Below are positions 1 through 14,830 of a DNA stretch of 64,000 nucleotides, piece after piece (position 1 is the first letter of the stretch; each line of letters begins with the position of its first letter). Location of the stretch: NCBI RefSeq assembly GCF_009914755.1, contig NC_060931.1; one strand, 5' to 3'. This stretch comes from the human T2T-CHM13v2.0 reference genome, Homo sapiens. The translations under genes and the position numbers were made by a program. The notes below the pieces were generated by a model, which worked only from the letters and a program-made list of their open reading frames with translations, was not told the origin of the DNA and did no database searches.

Positions 1-1799
1 AGTATGAAAAGTTCTTGGAAAATACTGTATCATACACTGTCCTAAAATACATCTATTAACATTTTTGAACACGAGTTAGAATTTTAAATATTGCAGATTT
101 TGCTTTTATTTTTATGATTTAGAGGTAGTTTCAGGAGAATGATTTGTACAATCCATTAAAAAAATCCATCATGAGAAATTTAAATTCTTTTTCTTCTCTA
201 AAAATATTTGCTTGCAATAGGCAGAAACATTGAGACTACTCTATTGACCTTGAGCTCAAAATAGTAGGCACTTAACAATTGTTTGTTGTGGCAGTTTCTA
301 CTACTGTAAATGCTTTCAGATTCACAAGTGTGGCTCTGAATTTCAGCTAAATGATTCTCTAAAACATAGATTTTTAAAAGGATGCATAATAATAGCCTTC
401 CCACAGTAGCTGTGATCTGCCTCCAGTTTCAAAGCCTGACATAGCCCCACAAATATCTTTCAGCCATGTCCAACTTCTCTCTCCCTCTTCCTCAAAGATG
501 TTTACCCCTCAGAGCCTCCCAGCTCTGAGTCACCATCTCCCTGTCCTTTTTGAATTCCTATTTATTTCTTCAGGGCTCTCAGCTCAAATTTTAACTCGTA
601 TGTAAAGTCTTCCCCTACTTCTACAGACAGAGTTAAGTGCTTCTTATGTCCAGAGGCCTCAACTTGCCTTTATTTCACTGCCCTTTCACCAGAAACACAA
701 TGATTCCCTTTTTGTCTTTGTTTCCCATTTGATGATGATCTCCTTGAAGGTGGGGGCTTTGTCTTTCTCATCTTTCTATTTCTAGCACCTATTGCAATAT
801 TGGAGAGAAAGGAGAGGAGGGGAGTGGTGGGGCAAAGTCAAGTGGAAAATGAGCAGAAGGAAAGTGAAAGAGAAGACCAGAGGTAAAAGCCTCATCCCAG
901 GATGCTTTGGAACTGATAGAAATGACAGCTCACTCAAGCTATCAGTACAAGCAGCAGATAACTTTCCCTGATGTCCTTTATCTCAAGCCCTAAACAAAAG
1001 ACATCTGTTTAAAGGACATCCCGCTAGGACTTCAGGAGCCCTGGCCATTGCCAATGACATTAAAAACATGTAAGGCATTTGCTTCTGAATTTTCCCTCTG
1101 TAGTTGTGCTGTTTCAAGCAGTGCAGGATAAAAATCTTGACAAAACAGATGCATCAAAAGCGCACACTCTTCACATTACAATCACTGTCATGCCTTGCTC
1201 CTATCTAGATGGTTTGCATGAAACAGTAAGCCAGGAAGAGTTGCATGAGTAAGTCCTAAGAAATAGTCCCATTTGAATCAGAATGTCTCCATTATTTAAC
1301 GAACCTTTAAATTTCAAAACCTTGAAAGTATTAAAAATGGGAATAATAAATAATAAATACATGAGTAATAACAGAGTGATTTCTAAATGAGATATGTCAT
1401 ATTGAATTCTTTCTCTTTTAAAAGTTTCTAGTGATTAAACACTGTATCTTGGAGATGCATTTTGTCCTTAGGAGAAACAGCAGGTTTTGATGCTCTAGGC
1501 ATTGAGTATATCTATAAGCATTTGCCTTTTTATATGAAGCATCTCAAAAATTGGTACCAGAATCTGTCTCTGTCACCTCTGTCATCTGTTGCTGTCACCA
1601 CTCTGTATCAAGGCTCTGCAAACAGAAATGTCCTCATTGTTTTGTTATACATAATTTTTGTCATTATCCTCTCAAGGTTTTGGGTTGAAACCAAATACTC
1701 AACCCAGTAGTTGGGCTCACCAGATATTTACTGAGTGCCTGCTTGAGCTTGACAAAGGTGACTTCTTTGCTTCTTTCCAATACTCTTTTCTGCGGCTTT

Positions 1800-2570
1800 T
1801 AAAAAATTACTTCAAAATTTTCATTTTGAAATGATTTCCAAAAAGTTGCAAAAGTAGAACAAAGGATTTATACATGCCTTCACCCAGATTATCTATATGT
1901 AAACATCTCTTTTTTTTTTTTTTGAGACAGGGTCTCACTTTGTGGCTCAGGTTGGGGTGCAGTGGCGCAAACACGGCTCACTGTAGGCTCTACCTCTGGG
2001 GCTCAAGTGATCCTTCCACCTTAGCCTCCTGAGTAGCTGGGACTATAGGTGTGTGCCACCACAACTGGCTGATTTTTTTTTTTTATTTAAATTTTTAGTA
2101 GAGAGGGATCTCGCTATGCGCAGACTTGTCTTGAACTCCTGAGAACATGCAATCCTACCTGCTTCGGCTTCCCAATGTGTTGAGATTACAGGCATGAGAC
2201 ACCGTGCCTGGCCAAATGTGAACATCTTCAATAATTATAGAACAATGAGGACAATCATGAAATCCACAATAACACTATTGCCTGATCTATAGACCTTATT
2301 TAAATTTCACTAACTGTTCCACTAATGACCGTGTTCTGGGCTAGGATCTAATTTAGGATCACAAACTGTATTCAGCTATCACATCTCCTTAGTATCCTTT
2401 TAATCTAAACTGATTGCTTAGTCTTTCTTTGTCTTTCATGACCTTGACGCTTTTAAGTAATACTGGCTTTTTTTTTTTTTTTTGGTAAAATGTTCCTCAA
2501 TTTTTGTTTGTATTATGTTTCCTCATGATTACATTCAGGTTATGCAATTTTTGGCAAGAATACAATAGCA
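1800..2570 (-). mobile_element. Old L1 3' UTR fragment (L1MC-like), interrupted by an Alu
   Basis: Diverged similarity to recalled L1MC4/5 3' UTR; boundaries approximate. Confidence 0.55.
1910..2213 (-). mobile_element. AluJ-like SINE
   Basis: Poly(T) then dimeric Alu in reverse; degenerate TSD atgt(a/g)aacatct. Confidence 0.93.
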
Positions 2571-2870
2571 GAAGCTCAGTTAGCTAGTTAAAGGTACAAA
2601 ACCTATTTTGTTCCATAATAGAGATCATGGTGGGGTGGGGACTGTGTTATAAAAATAAGTCCTTCTACGTGTAACTGAATTCAGCTAAGCCTGGATTAAT
2701 ACTCATTTATAGTTTGTCTCTTCATCCTTAACTTTTTTTTTTTTTTTTTGCCTCTATCTCTTTTCAAGAAGGCCACTTTTGATAAAGAGGACTGGCAGAG
2801 GGCTGGATTCCGTGGGTTCAGGTATTTAATTCTGACATTCATCATACTCCAGAACAGGTGTTTGCTGTCT

Positions 2871-3632
2871 TGTCAGAGTAGGTAGCTAGTCAGACATGAG
2901 TGGGGCAGGTGAGGCCTCCTGCCCCCAGGAATGTCAGGTGACCATCTCTCTAAAATAATAATTGGTCACAGCCAGCACCAGGGAAAAGCCAGCTCCCAAT
3001 AGATAGAACACACCTGAAGCTGGTGATTAGCAGCTTCCCCACAGGATCTCAGGAGTCGGGTGAGTGGACTCAAGCATGCACACTGAGAGGCAACATGGTG
3101 GCATGTAACTGATATATGACCTTCCTCCAGGACCACTTGACTAGTAAGGGAAAAATGCCTCACGTAAGCATGCGTGTAACTTCAGTGAACACACTGCGCA
3201 GAGCCCCCTCTCAAGGGCTGGCAGACCACTGTGCATACGTGCAGTGATCTCGGCTCACTGCAACTTCTGCCTCCCGGGTTCCAGCGATTCTCCTGCTAAG
3301 TCTCTGAATAGCTGGGATTACAGGCAAGCACCACCAAGCCTGTCTAATTTTTTGTATTTTTTTAGTACAGACGGGGCTTCACCATGTTGGCCAGGGTGGT
3401 CTTGAACTCCTGATCTCAAGTGATGCACCCACCTCGGCCTCTCAAAGTGCTGGAATTACAGGCGTGAGCCACCGTGCCTGGCCACTGCTCTAAAACTTAA
3501 ATAAATTTTCACTCCTGCTCTAAAACGTGTCTCTTTCTCTCCATCTGCCCAATGCCCCCAATCGAATTCTTTCTTCTGAGGAGGCAAGAATTGAGGTTGC
3601 TGCAGGCTCATATGGATTCCCTGCTGCTAACA
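2871..3632 (+). mobile_element. ERV1 solo LTR, MER50-like, with internal Alu and deletion
   Basis: TG...CA termini, perfect 4-bp TSD gtct (2867-2870, 3633-3636); matches recalled MER50 ends. Confidence 0.8.
3239..3483 (-). mobile_element. AluS-like, missing its 3' end and poly(A) tail
   Basis: Reverse Alu starting abruptly at gtgcagtgatctcggctcactgc. Confidence 0.92.
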
Positions 3633-3684
3633 GTCTGAGGCAGCAGAATAGTGATTTTAGAAGCCAGAACCCAAATAGCGGACA

Positions 3685-3900
3685 GTATGGCATGGGTGAG
3701 AGCAAGGCCTTTAGTATGAGACAGACAGGGCTTAAGGTATACCCCTGACAAGCTAAAGGACCTTGGGCAAGTTACTTAACCTTTGTGAGCCTCAGTTTCC
3801 TCAACTGTAAAATGGAGTTGCTCTGTGAATTAAATGAAGATGGAGTATATAAAGTACTTAACGGAGTGTCTGGCTTAGAGAAGATACTTAGTATTAGCTA
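3685..3900 (+). mobile_element. MIR SINE
   Basis: Core gaccttgggcaagttacttaacctttgtgagcctcagtttcctcaactgtaaaatgg. Confidence 0.8.
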
Positions 3901-4266
3901 AAAATCTATAAAAGTAATAATAGCAACCTGAAACAACTCTCCAGCTAAATTCACACATTCTGCTAACGGATAGCCCTGGAGAATTGGGCCCTTAACAATG
4001 GTTCCTGGCAATACTGGTGGGTAAAACATATGATTAACCGTCTAGGGCCTGTGAGGACATCAACCTGTTCTCTCTGGCTTGGAGTAAGGCCCGAATAGTG
4101 GTGTTTTTGTGCCCAGGGCAAGTTCCTTTGACAATTCTCTTGCCTACTGAGGAAGCAATTTTTTTCCGTCAGGTTTCTTTAGGTCAGCAGCAGGATGGAC
4201 TGCTCCCTCACGTCTACTCTTGTTAGGATATCTCCCAGAGGCGGCATCTCTCCTTCTGCTAGACAC

Positions 4267-4798
4267 TGTAGGGGAGGAAAAAGAATCCTTTCCTTTACCC
4301 AGCTTAGGCTTTGCAGCTGGGGCCCTGTACATTAGAGTGGCTAAAGGCAGATTCACAAGAGAAAAGAAATAGAAGTTTATTAATATGTGCATTGCACGTG
4401 TACACATGAGACCATCCTACGATGTGTAACCCAAAGGGGCAGTTAGAACTTGGGTTTATATAAATCATCTTAGGCTAAAGAAAAAGGGATTTGGGCTTCT
4501 GAGTGGGGGAGGCAAGTTATGGGAAGGTAAGGAGGAAAAATATGGTAAATAGGGGTTGTTTAATGAGGTTTGTTATGCAGATTTAAGTTTAAGAGTAAGG
4601 TGCCTTCCCCACTGATAACAGGTGTTAAGAGTCCTTCTCTTCCTGGTACAGGGAGCGGGAGATACCTTTTACAAATGTAAATTTCCTTTATAAAAGAAGA
4701 ACTGTCCTTGCCTCTGCTGGTTCTCAATGGCCTTTAGCTCAAAATAATCCTTATGCCAAAAAGGCACATTTTGCAGGGAAATATTTTGATGCCTCTCA
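4267..4798 (-). mobile_element. ERV1 solo LTR, MER34-family-like
   Basis: Minus strand carries ttggcataaggattattttgagctaaaggc typical of MER34/39 LTRs; near-TSD acac/acag. Confidence 0.65.
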
Positions 4799-5842
4799 AC
4801 AGCCAGGGCCTGGTCAACTCTCTGGAGCTGTTCCTCACTCTTGCAAGCCTTTCTGACCCATTGGGCACCTAAGTCATTGTCCTGCTTTCTCCTGTGGTTC
4901 ATTCTCAGAGCAGTGCTGTGTTGAGAAAACACAGTCCAACAATCATCCAGAGGGAGTACTGAGCTGTGCTCATAGCATAACTGCCATGCACACCCAGTTC
5001 CCCTCTCTTCTGGGGTTTCCCTTCACTCTGATTCTGCTCCAGGGCCTCCCTCCTCAATCCCCTTCAGAAACTCTTTCTTCACCCCTTCTCTGCCCACGTT
5101 TCTCTTCTCCCCTCCCCTTCTCTTTCTTCTCTCCTTAGCCTTCCTGACCTGAATATGAAATTGCATATGCTGGCCTGAATTGTGCCCCTTTTCTAATTTC
5201 TCTAGGTCTGCCAGATTCTCTCCCATTTTGCAGATGGTTTAACCAAAGTCCAAAGAAGAGAACAAGCAAGATGAGGTTTTTTCAGAGTGTGGGTTGGGGA
5301 TGGGGGGCAGCCTATGAGGTTCCAGACCAAAGGTGGTCTGCACAAGGGGATGGGAGGAGGGGCAGGTGAGGCTGTAAACACAGACACTTCCATGAAGTGT
5401 TAAAATTCTCAATTATTTTTTTTCATATCCAGACACTTCATGTGAGTCCTCTGCTCTCTGCCCTCCCTGTAAGTGGGCGAACAGAGAGGGGAGGCCCCTC
5501 ACTGTATGAACAGAAGACTGGTCCCAGGAAAACATGCCGTTAGGCACTTTTGAATTTCTGAAAACAAAACAACCCCAAAGAGGTGTGTATATAAAGGTTT
5601 TGCTAAGCTTGCTAAAACAAAATGAGGAAGGCTGCCAGTGAAAAAGACATTATATTCCAAGTGAGGAAAGTCTTGTCTGGAAACTGTAAAGAGGGCCTGT
5701 GTGCATCTCAGTGACTTCTCCTCTGCAGGCCATGGGTGGCCGCAATGCAAATTCAGACCTGGGATTGGTTTCTGTTCAAAAGCAGATGAGTCTTGTTTAC
5801 TTTAGAGGTATGTGCCTTACAGATTTTTATTTACTTAAAAAA

Positions 5843-5886
<44 letters not shown>

Positions 5887-5939
5887 GTCTATCTTTCTAC
5901 CAGATTTACATATATATATATAAAACTACCAGATTTACA

Positions 5940-5992
<53 letters not shown>
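5843..5992. repeat. Compound STR: (ATCT)11 ... (TA)n ... (ATCT)13
   Basis: Directly visible; blocks 5843-5886 and 5941-5992. Confidence 0.97.
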
Positions 5993-6284
<292 letters not shown>

Positions 6285-6364
6285 CCTACTTAAAAATATA
6301 TTTTATACCACTTTAATATTTGTTTTTCTTCTACTCTTGATTTTATTTTTTGTCTTTTATCTAT

Positions 6365-7095
6365 TTTTTTGTTTTATTGTGGTAAGAACACTTAACATGG
6401 TAACTGTTCTCTTAATAGATTTTTAAGCGCACAATACAGTACTATCATCTCTAGGCACAACGTTACACAACAGATCCCTAGGATTTATTCATCTTGCATA
6501 ATTTAAATTTTAAACCAGTTGAACATCAGCTCCCTATTTCCCTCCCCTTCTCCCAGTTACTGGCAACCACCATTCTACTCTCTGCTTCTGTGAGTTTGAC
6601 TACTTAGATGGCTCATGTAAGTGGAATCCGGCAGTATTCGTCCTTCTGTGACTGGCTTATTTCACTTAGCATAATGTCCTCAAGATCCATCCATGTCATT
6701 GCATGTTCAGAGTGCCCTTTGTTTTAAAGGCTGAATAGTATTCCACTGTGTATGCAGAGACCACATTTTCTTGATCCATTAATCTGTTGATGAACGTTTC
6801 CACCTCTTGGCTGTTGCGAAGAATGCCTCCATGAACACAGGAGTGCACATATCTCTTTGAGATCCTCAATTCTTTTGGATAAATACCCAGAAGTGGGATT
6901 GCTGGATCATCTGGTAGTTTAATTTTTCATTTTTGGAGGAACCTCCATACTGTTTTCCGTAGCAGCTATACCACTTTGCCTTTCCACCAACAGTGCACAA
7001 AGGTTCCAGTTTCTCCACATCCTGTTTGTTGTCTTCTGCTTTTTCGATAGTGAGCATTCTAACTGGTGTGAGGTGATATCTCGTCGTGGTTCTTA
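6365..7095 (-). mobile_element. L1MA-type 3' end
   Basis: L1 3' UTR and ORF2 end; ORF 6866..7057 has L1 ORF2 C-terminal-like remnants ([13 protein letters not shown]). Confidence 0.85.
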
Positions 7096-8254
7096 CACTT
7101 TATTTTAAATGAAACATAATCTTGCCAATTGTGGTTTTTGCCCACCACGGTGGTTTTTCAGTTGGCAAGCTGGATTCAGTTGGATTACAATTTGTGCTTT
7201 AGTTCTTCTCAAAGGTTTAATGGGACTCCTAACTTATTTAGGTTAAAAAAAAGTGTTTTAGATGTACAAGTCCCTGCTATGCGAAGCAGAGGCTGAGCTA
7301 ATATCGGCCCCATGTGGCTTCTGTTCCCCATGGGACTGGACATCAGTCTTAAAGCAAATAACGAACCATACACCAAGGAAAGTGCAATAACAGAGGCGTG
7401 AGCAAAGGGCTCGCCTGCTGAGTCAGGTGGAGTGGCTAATCCATTCTGCTGGGCATAGGGGCATGAGATCACACAGGACAGGGAGGGATGAATAAAGTCT
7501 AGTATTTACTGAGTCCTCGCTGAGAATGAGGCCCCCAGGATTAATGCCCAGGTCTCAAAGAGTGAAATATACAGCACAGGGGTAGGAGACAGTTCAGGGT
7601 CCACTTTTGCCCCCCTGGGTCTCCCCAGCTGGGTGGGTGCTGCCAGAGCCATTTGCTGATGGTCTATCCCCCAAAGGGAGGGCATTTTTTGCTAGAGAGA
7701 GGCTGAAACCCCTCATCTGCTTCTCCTCTACCTTAAGCCTCCACCCCCAGCACATCCAAGAGCTCCCAGCTCAATCAGCCAAGGCTGCTCTCCAGCCCCT
7801 TCCAATCCTTAGCCCCACCATCCTCAGGGCTTCTTTGGCTGCCTGGCCCTCAGCACTGTCTCCTCTCCTGGTTAATTCCTATCCTTATCCCCTGGTTCCT
7901 CCCCAAGTGGAGTCCTGAGCCCACTCCCCAGGCTACAGCCATCTCCTGCCTCTCAGGAGTCTGTCTGCTGCTGCTCACTTATGTCAATCTTAGCTTCCAT
8001 CACTTCTCACTCCTGTCCCTAGCCCAGCTTTTTCCTTGCAGAGGGAGTCCCTTCTTTCTGCCTGATACTCCAGGCCAATTCAGCTGCCCCCAACTACCCT
8101 CCTGCCTGCTGCTGTCTCTTAGGATCTGGGTATCCAACCCTAGAGCCCTTCTGCTGCCCTCTAAATCTAGGAGCCACAGGCCTTATTATTATTAACATAT
8201 AGCTTTTGAATTTATTTTTATTTTTTTCAAATCGACTTCTTTCTCTTAAAAATT

Positions 8255-8535
8255 TTTGAAGTTGATTAATGGTACAAATATACAGATAGATAGAAGAAAT
8301 ATGACCTGGTGTTCTATAGACCAGTAGGGCAACTGTAGTTAACATTAATCTATTGCACATTTTAAAATAGCTACAAGAGAATAATCAGAATGTTCCTAGC
8401 ATACAGAAAAGATAAATATTTAAGGTGATGGATATCCCAATTACCCTGATTTGATTATAAGAATGTATTAAATGATCACATGTACCCTGAAGATCTGTAC
8501 ATCTATTATGCAGCAATAAAAAATAAATAAAAAAT
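8255..8535 (+). mobile_element. L1MA-type 3' terminal fragment
   Basis: ggtgatggatatcccaattaccctgatttgatt followed by aataaa and A-rich tail. Confidence 0.8.
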
Positions 8536-8588
8536 GAAATTATTGCTAACAATAACAAAAAATCTTTTGACATTGAAAAAAATGATTG

Positions 8589-8932
8589 GGCCAGGCACAG
8601 TGGCTCATGCCTGTAATCCCAGCTTTTAGGGAGGCTGAGTCAAGAGGATTGCTTGAGCCCAAGAATTCAAGACCAGCTTTGACAACATAGCAAGGTCCCT
8701 GTTTCTACCAAAATAAATAAATAAATGAATAAAATAAAAAATAAAAATAGTCAGGTGTGGTGGTACATGCATGTGGTCCCAGGACTTGGGAGGCTAAGGT
8801 GGGAGGATCACTTGAGCCCAGTTGTTTGAGGTTATGGTGAGCTATGACCACGCCACTGTGCTCCAGCCTGAGTGACAGAGTGAGACCCTGTCACAAAAAG
8901 AAAAAAAAAAAGGAAAGAAAAGAAAGAAAAAA
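8589..8932 (+). mobile_element. AluJ-like SINE
   Basis: Dimeric Alu with A-rich linker and tail. Confidence 0.93.
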
Positions 8933-9809
8933 CAAATGGTTTTCAAAACCACTGAGTAAATAATAATACAGTTGGTAGGTGGAATTAGCGACACTGTGTC
9001 AGTGGTACCCTGATGCTGGACATTTATGAAGCCCTGTGTTTCTCATTCAGTCTTCAGCAGCCCCATGAAGCTCAGGTATGTACCGTTCCCATCCCTGTGT
9101 GCAAGGTATGACATATCTGGTCAGTCACACACCAGGTTTTGTGATGAATTCCAAAATGTCACATGGCATAATTTAAATAACTGGCTTTAATGGAGAAAAG
9201 CTGGGTTTGCAAAAGATGAGAAGGTAGCTATCTCCAGCACTGCCTTATCCCACTGAGTTTGGGTGCAGCCTCTCCCCCAGGAGGATGGGGAAGATGGCCC
9301 ATTCAAGGTGGTTTGTTGTCTGGGCAACCCTGAATGAGATCCAGGGTCACCTTTGGCAACTGTGCTCAATGAACCATGATCCCCATTTTACAGATGCAGA
9401 AACAGGCAAGAGACATTCAATGATTGGCCCAAGCCACACACTAATTCCAGGACCCAAATTCAAAACCAGTCTACTTTATACCCCAAGGAAAAGAGACAAT
9501 TATATGAGGCAATCAGGAGAGGAAGGGCTCTGCTCTCTGTTTTCAGGGCCCTATTTTCCATCTTAGAGAAGGACCAGAGGAGCCAGCCAGCTCTGCAGTT
9601 CTTGGGTCCTTCCCTCTTCCATGTGCTGGCTGCCTCCCAACTCAGGCCATTTTGGTATCGAGGAAGTTCTGAGAGCCACTGCAAGCCCCTCCTCTGTTGA
9701 TTGCAAAAAAGATTTGGCAGCACTCTTGCCATTCCTAACCCCTGCACCAGAGAATCATTCCCTGGATTAAAGATGACTTCTCCATTCTCCATTTTAAAAT
9801 GCGTTATAG

Positions 9810-10139
<330 letters not shown>

Positions 10140-12945
10140 TTATGTATAGACGTTTTTGAGATCTCTTACATAAGGATCAGGATGAAAATAGGAGCTGTTT
10201 CTTTAATTCTTACTACCCAATTTTTAAGAAACACTTTACTATTCTATTCAACTCTTCCCTTTTTCCCCTTTCTCTCTTGCTGGTTCTGAAAAATCAGTGT
10301 AGCCCCATAAATATGCAGAAAGTGAAAAGCTGACTTTTCCTATATCTAATAAAAACCTTGGAGAGTAATTGAAGTAATTTAGCATGGGTAGTCAGGTTAC
10401 ATTGCTGCGTAATATCAAAAGAAAGTCCATAGCAAGGAAATACAAGAGAAAATAGGAAGAGGGGCTGGAGAGTAAAACCAGAACATTAAATAATGAGTAA
10501 CTGAGAAACTAAAAAAATATCTTTTTACTATTACAGTCTTAGAAAAATAGTCGAGGATAGTAATACTAGACAAAGTATACATTTTATGCATTTCTAAGGA
10601 CTGCAAATTCAAAGAAAAGGAAGAAAATATCCCCTATTCCCCGGCATCTATTCATTAGACAAAAGTCTGACAAAAGCCACGGCCTTCGAGCACATTTTGA
10701 CACGATTAGGCTCTCTTCCTGTCTCCTGTCTCCCCTTTTATCTTTGCAATCTGAATTTTAAAGGAGTGTTGTCAAGACAGGAGATCGCAAAAGGACAACC
10801 ATTTACTATCAGGTGTCCTAGTTATACTTTTTGGATTATCTTACTCTGGTCTTTATGATTTTATGAAAGATCACTACATTTATTGTGGGTAGAAAAGTGA
10901 TGTCGACTTTGCACACCTGGGTGTTGTGAAAGAGAAATGCTGGGTTAGAGTCACAAGTAACAAAGAGCAGCCTGCAGCCTGCATTTCTGGCAGAATCCTA
11001 TCACTCAGTGTCTTACCCTAACCTCATACCTTTGGCTATGGAACCTTGGACAAGCCCTGTTCTACTCCTAGACTCAGTTTCTGTCGAGTTTTTTAAAGGT
11101 TATTTCTGTATACAAATAAAATCATCAGGAAACAGAAAAGCGGAAAAAAATGAAAGCGATCACTCGTAATTTATCAAACATAATGATTTTCTATATTTTC
11201 TACCAATCTTTCCTACGTATACCTTTTTTTTCCCTTTCTTTGAAAAATGTGGTAGAAACTAAACTGTATGATTGAATTTTATATCCTGATTTTTCTTTCG
11301 GCAGTGTTTTGTCTTTCCAAATAAAAATATATTTGACTTTTAGCCATCATTTTCTAGGGCTGCATGATATTCCTCACAGATGATTTTTTTTTTGTGCTTT
11401 GTTTTTTATAATCTTCATTGACAGAGGGTATTTGACAGTGTTGGGGGGCTGTTTCAGTATGTCACTAAAGGAAAAAGAAAGTGCAGCCACACACCTGATG
11501 TTCACTTTGTATCTGTGATGAGTCACATGGCCAGATTTGACTGTAACTGTCCATTAACTATTGATAGTGTTCAACTTGCAGAGGGATGAGGCCGATCTCT
11601 TTCTGCAGATCATCTGGGATCATAGCCCAATGACTGTATTATCTTTGTTGGTATCTGAGTGGAGTGAGACAACGTGGGTAGAAGTGTCTCCTCTGTAACT
11701 TACTATCTGTGTGGCTGAGGAAGAGAGTCTTGGTTTCTCCATGCCTCCATTTCCCCAGCTGCTACGGTGTGAATATTATTTTAATGCCCAATTCTGAGAA
11801 GTATATTTTAACGCATTTGGTATTGAGTTGAATGCTGCAATCAATGGGAACATTGTAATTTTTCCTTCCTTTTCCCTCCCTCAACACTCCCTAGAGCTAT
11901 TACAATCAATAGTATTAGTACTGAAGAAATTTAATAATACTTGCCTTACAATGTCTGTTGTTGAAAGGATTAACAGAAATAAACATAAAGTGTTCTTAGC
12001 ACTTGGTAAGAGCTCAGTTAATGGCAGCAATTATTTTATTAGTAAAAAAAATCTATATTGTTCTTAGAAGAGGAGAGCATTTATTCTGTATAGAATATTT
12101 ATTATAAGAAATACATTATTTGTAGGTCACATACTTAGTTTAAACGCTTGTTGCTTGGAAAATTCCTCAACATCTTTTGTTAATTAGAGATAGCACAGGG
12201 ATGGCAAATAGGTTTAACTTCATGTGCCAAGCCTAATTTGTTGATGATGATTGTCAGACGTGCTGTGTTTCGAGAACTGCTGAGGCAGAATCTGAGCATA
12301 GCAGACAAGAGTGCCAAGGCTGATTAGCAATATCTTTCCCAGGCTTAGGAAGACAGAGTGGCAACACATACACTGTTTACCATCTCTGCATTATGGTGTT
12401 ACAAAACATTCCTTGGCAATTCATTAGGCATTAGCCAGGCCATGGCTTATCAATCAGAAGTTTCATCAGAATCTTGTGGCAATAGACCGCCTCCAGGTCC
12501 AAGGTGGAAGATTGAAACCCACACAGGTGAAACTGAAAACTCCAACCCCAGCAGAAACGTGGGAGACTTTGCACCATCAGAGAGGGCAGAGCTTTTGCGA
12601 TGACCTTAATTTTTCTCAGCTCTTGTTCTGCTAATGCTCATTTAGGTCTTGCCTCCTGAGCCTCAAACATCCTGTGCCTTGGCCTTGCTAGAACTTTGCT
12701 GTTGGGTGAATGATCTGCTCTCTTGGTCAACCCCTTGACTGCAGCTTGTTTTTGTTCTCCTTTGCTGTGGGTAAATGGCTTTAAGCACAGGGCCCTTCTT
12801 TCAGAAAGGGCAATGGCATTGGAAGGGAGACCGTTCATTTTATTCTGTGATCCTTGTTATCTGAATCTCAGCTTTTGAGGTACTTATGAAATAAACTCAA
12901 TCATTACAGGAACATTGATGAAGGCTTAAATGGAAAGTTACGTAC

Positions 12946-13028
12946 CATTTCTTGAAATATTCTGGTAGTCCCTGTGATTACAGTGGTTTCTTTTCCATAA
13001 GCGAAGGTAAATAGATTTTTCTTTAATT
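12946..13028 (-). CDS. AOAH: AOAH coding exon (probably 13), 83 nt: (G)IKEKSIYLRLWKRNHCNHRDYQNISRN(G)
   Basis: Acceptor ttgtttcag, donor gtacgt; phase 2 in, phase 1 out. Confidence 0.97.
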
Positions 13029-13519
13029 CTGAAACAAATATATATGTATATATTTAAGGTCAGGATACTCACATAAAGAAGTTTAAACAAACCATGTTTA
13101 CATCACGCTTTTAAAAAAATATGGTTAAAATGAACTCAAAAAATCAAATCTCTGCTGACAAGTTTTCTCTGAACTGTGAATGTAATATTGGCAGTTGTTA
13201 TGAGAAGCAGTTCTATGAAATTGAGTTGTATGGGTGTCGTAAGAATACTGTTGAAGACATAAAACTTTTTCTTTTGTACAAAGACCTCCAGAGTCATCCC
13301 TTTCAAATGCTTTTTACCAAGAGCTGCTGTACATTTCTTGAGCAATTGCTCACCTTTACCGACTCTGTTATTTTGAACCTGATCATGTTGCCTTTCTTTT
13401 TTTTTTTTTTTTTGGTTGCTATGAAGCTGTGGTTGACACTATTATTGTCCTTCAGCTTTATTCTCCCTTCATGCACTACAATAGAATTTTTGCTACAATA
13501 GAATTTATAGAATTTTTAG

Positions 13520-13920
13520 CAAGACCCATGTCTGTCCAGAATGAGGATTGCGTTTTCCAGCTTCTCTTGCAGCTAGGAGTGGCACATCACTAAGTTCTGG
13601 GTGAGATGAGATGGGATCAGAACTATCCAGTGGCAATTTCTGGTAACGCTTCTTAGGAAATGATTGAATGGTGATTCTGGTTCCTTCTTTGTACCCTTTC
13701 TCCAGTCTCCTGCCCAGAATAGGAAAGCTGCCATCTTAAACTATGGGAATAAGGTTGACGTTGAGAAGGCAGAGGGGTGAGCTGGAAGGAGCCTGGATCC
13801 CTGAGAACTGGGTGGAGTTGAGCTCCCATATCAATTCCAGACTGCACATTTTCTAAACCTTTCTGTGTGAGAGAAATAAACTCATATATGTTGAATCTCT
13901 GTTCCTTGAATCTAATACTA
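13520..13920 (+). mobile_element. Old MaLR LTR (MLT1-type)
   Basis: ttccagcttctcttgcagctagg...gtgagagaaataaactc motifs; approximate. Confidence 0.55.
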
Positions 13921-14549
13921 ATAAACACAGAGCTTACGGAAAAATTTGACACCAGTATCAGGCTATAATTATATATATTTTAACTCATTTTCTTGGCTCC
14001 TTTTTGTCTCATCTTTGATTTTTCATTTTCTTTCGCTTAATATAGATGTAAGTAGTTTAATTAATGCAACAAAATTTAGTTTAAATGTAATTAAATGTTA
14101 TGTTCTCTAAACTTTCATAGGCTTCCTAAAATCTTTGAAATAAGACCAGATGTAAACTAAAAAATAATAACTTAGCTCAAAATATTTGAGTAATCTTCAA
14201 ATGTATTGTATCTTCTTTTCATTATAATAAGTTCACATCTCACAACCTTACATACAATCACCAATTATTAAGTGTTATATGAAAGCTTACTAATTGTATT
14301 ACAGTGCTTGGCAACTGTCTCAGTGCTTCAGAAAGGTAAGCATATATTATGTTTGGGCATTCAGGATGCATAGAAAATAGTATCCCTTTTTTGAAGTCTG
14401 AGAAAACCAATGATAGTGTTTTTTAATACAAGACCAAGATGCCTGAGCAATATTTTAAGTGTGAGATTTTTGCTTTGTAGTAGAATTTTGAGATGAATAA
14501 TGTATTTATTTTTTAAAATCAAAGCTACCCATGCACATAGTTTAAAAAG

Positions 14550-14830
14550 TAATTTACTTAATAGATGCTTATTGAGCACCTGCTACATTCCAAGTATTAT
14601 TCTAGGCACTGAGTTATATTGGAAAATTAAAATACATGATCCCTGCTTCTGTGTTGTTGATATTTCAACAGGAAAAGGCCAATAAAAGAACTAAACATTA
14701 TAAAAAAGCAAATGATAGAGTATGCTAGAAAGTTCTAAATTCTATGAAGAAAGGAAATGAGAATTAGAGTAGCCAAAGGAAGTCTAATTGAGAAGCTAAA
14801 ATCAACAAAGACTTGAGGTGGTGAGTCTCA
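14550..14830 (-). mobile_element. L2 fragment
   Basis: ttattgagcacctgctacattccaag...ctaggcactg L2 3'-end motif. Confidence 0.55.
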
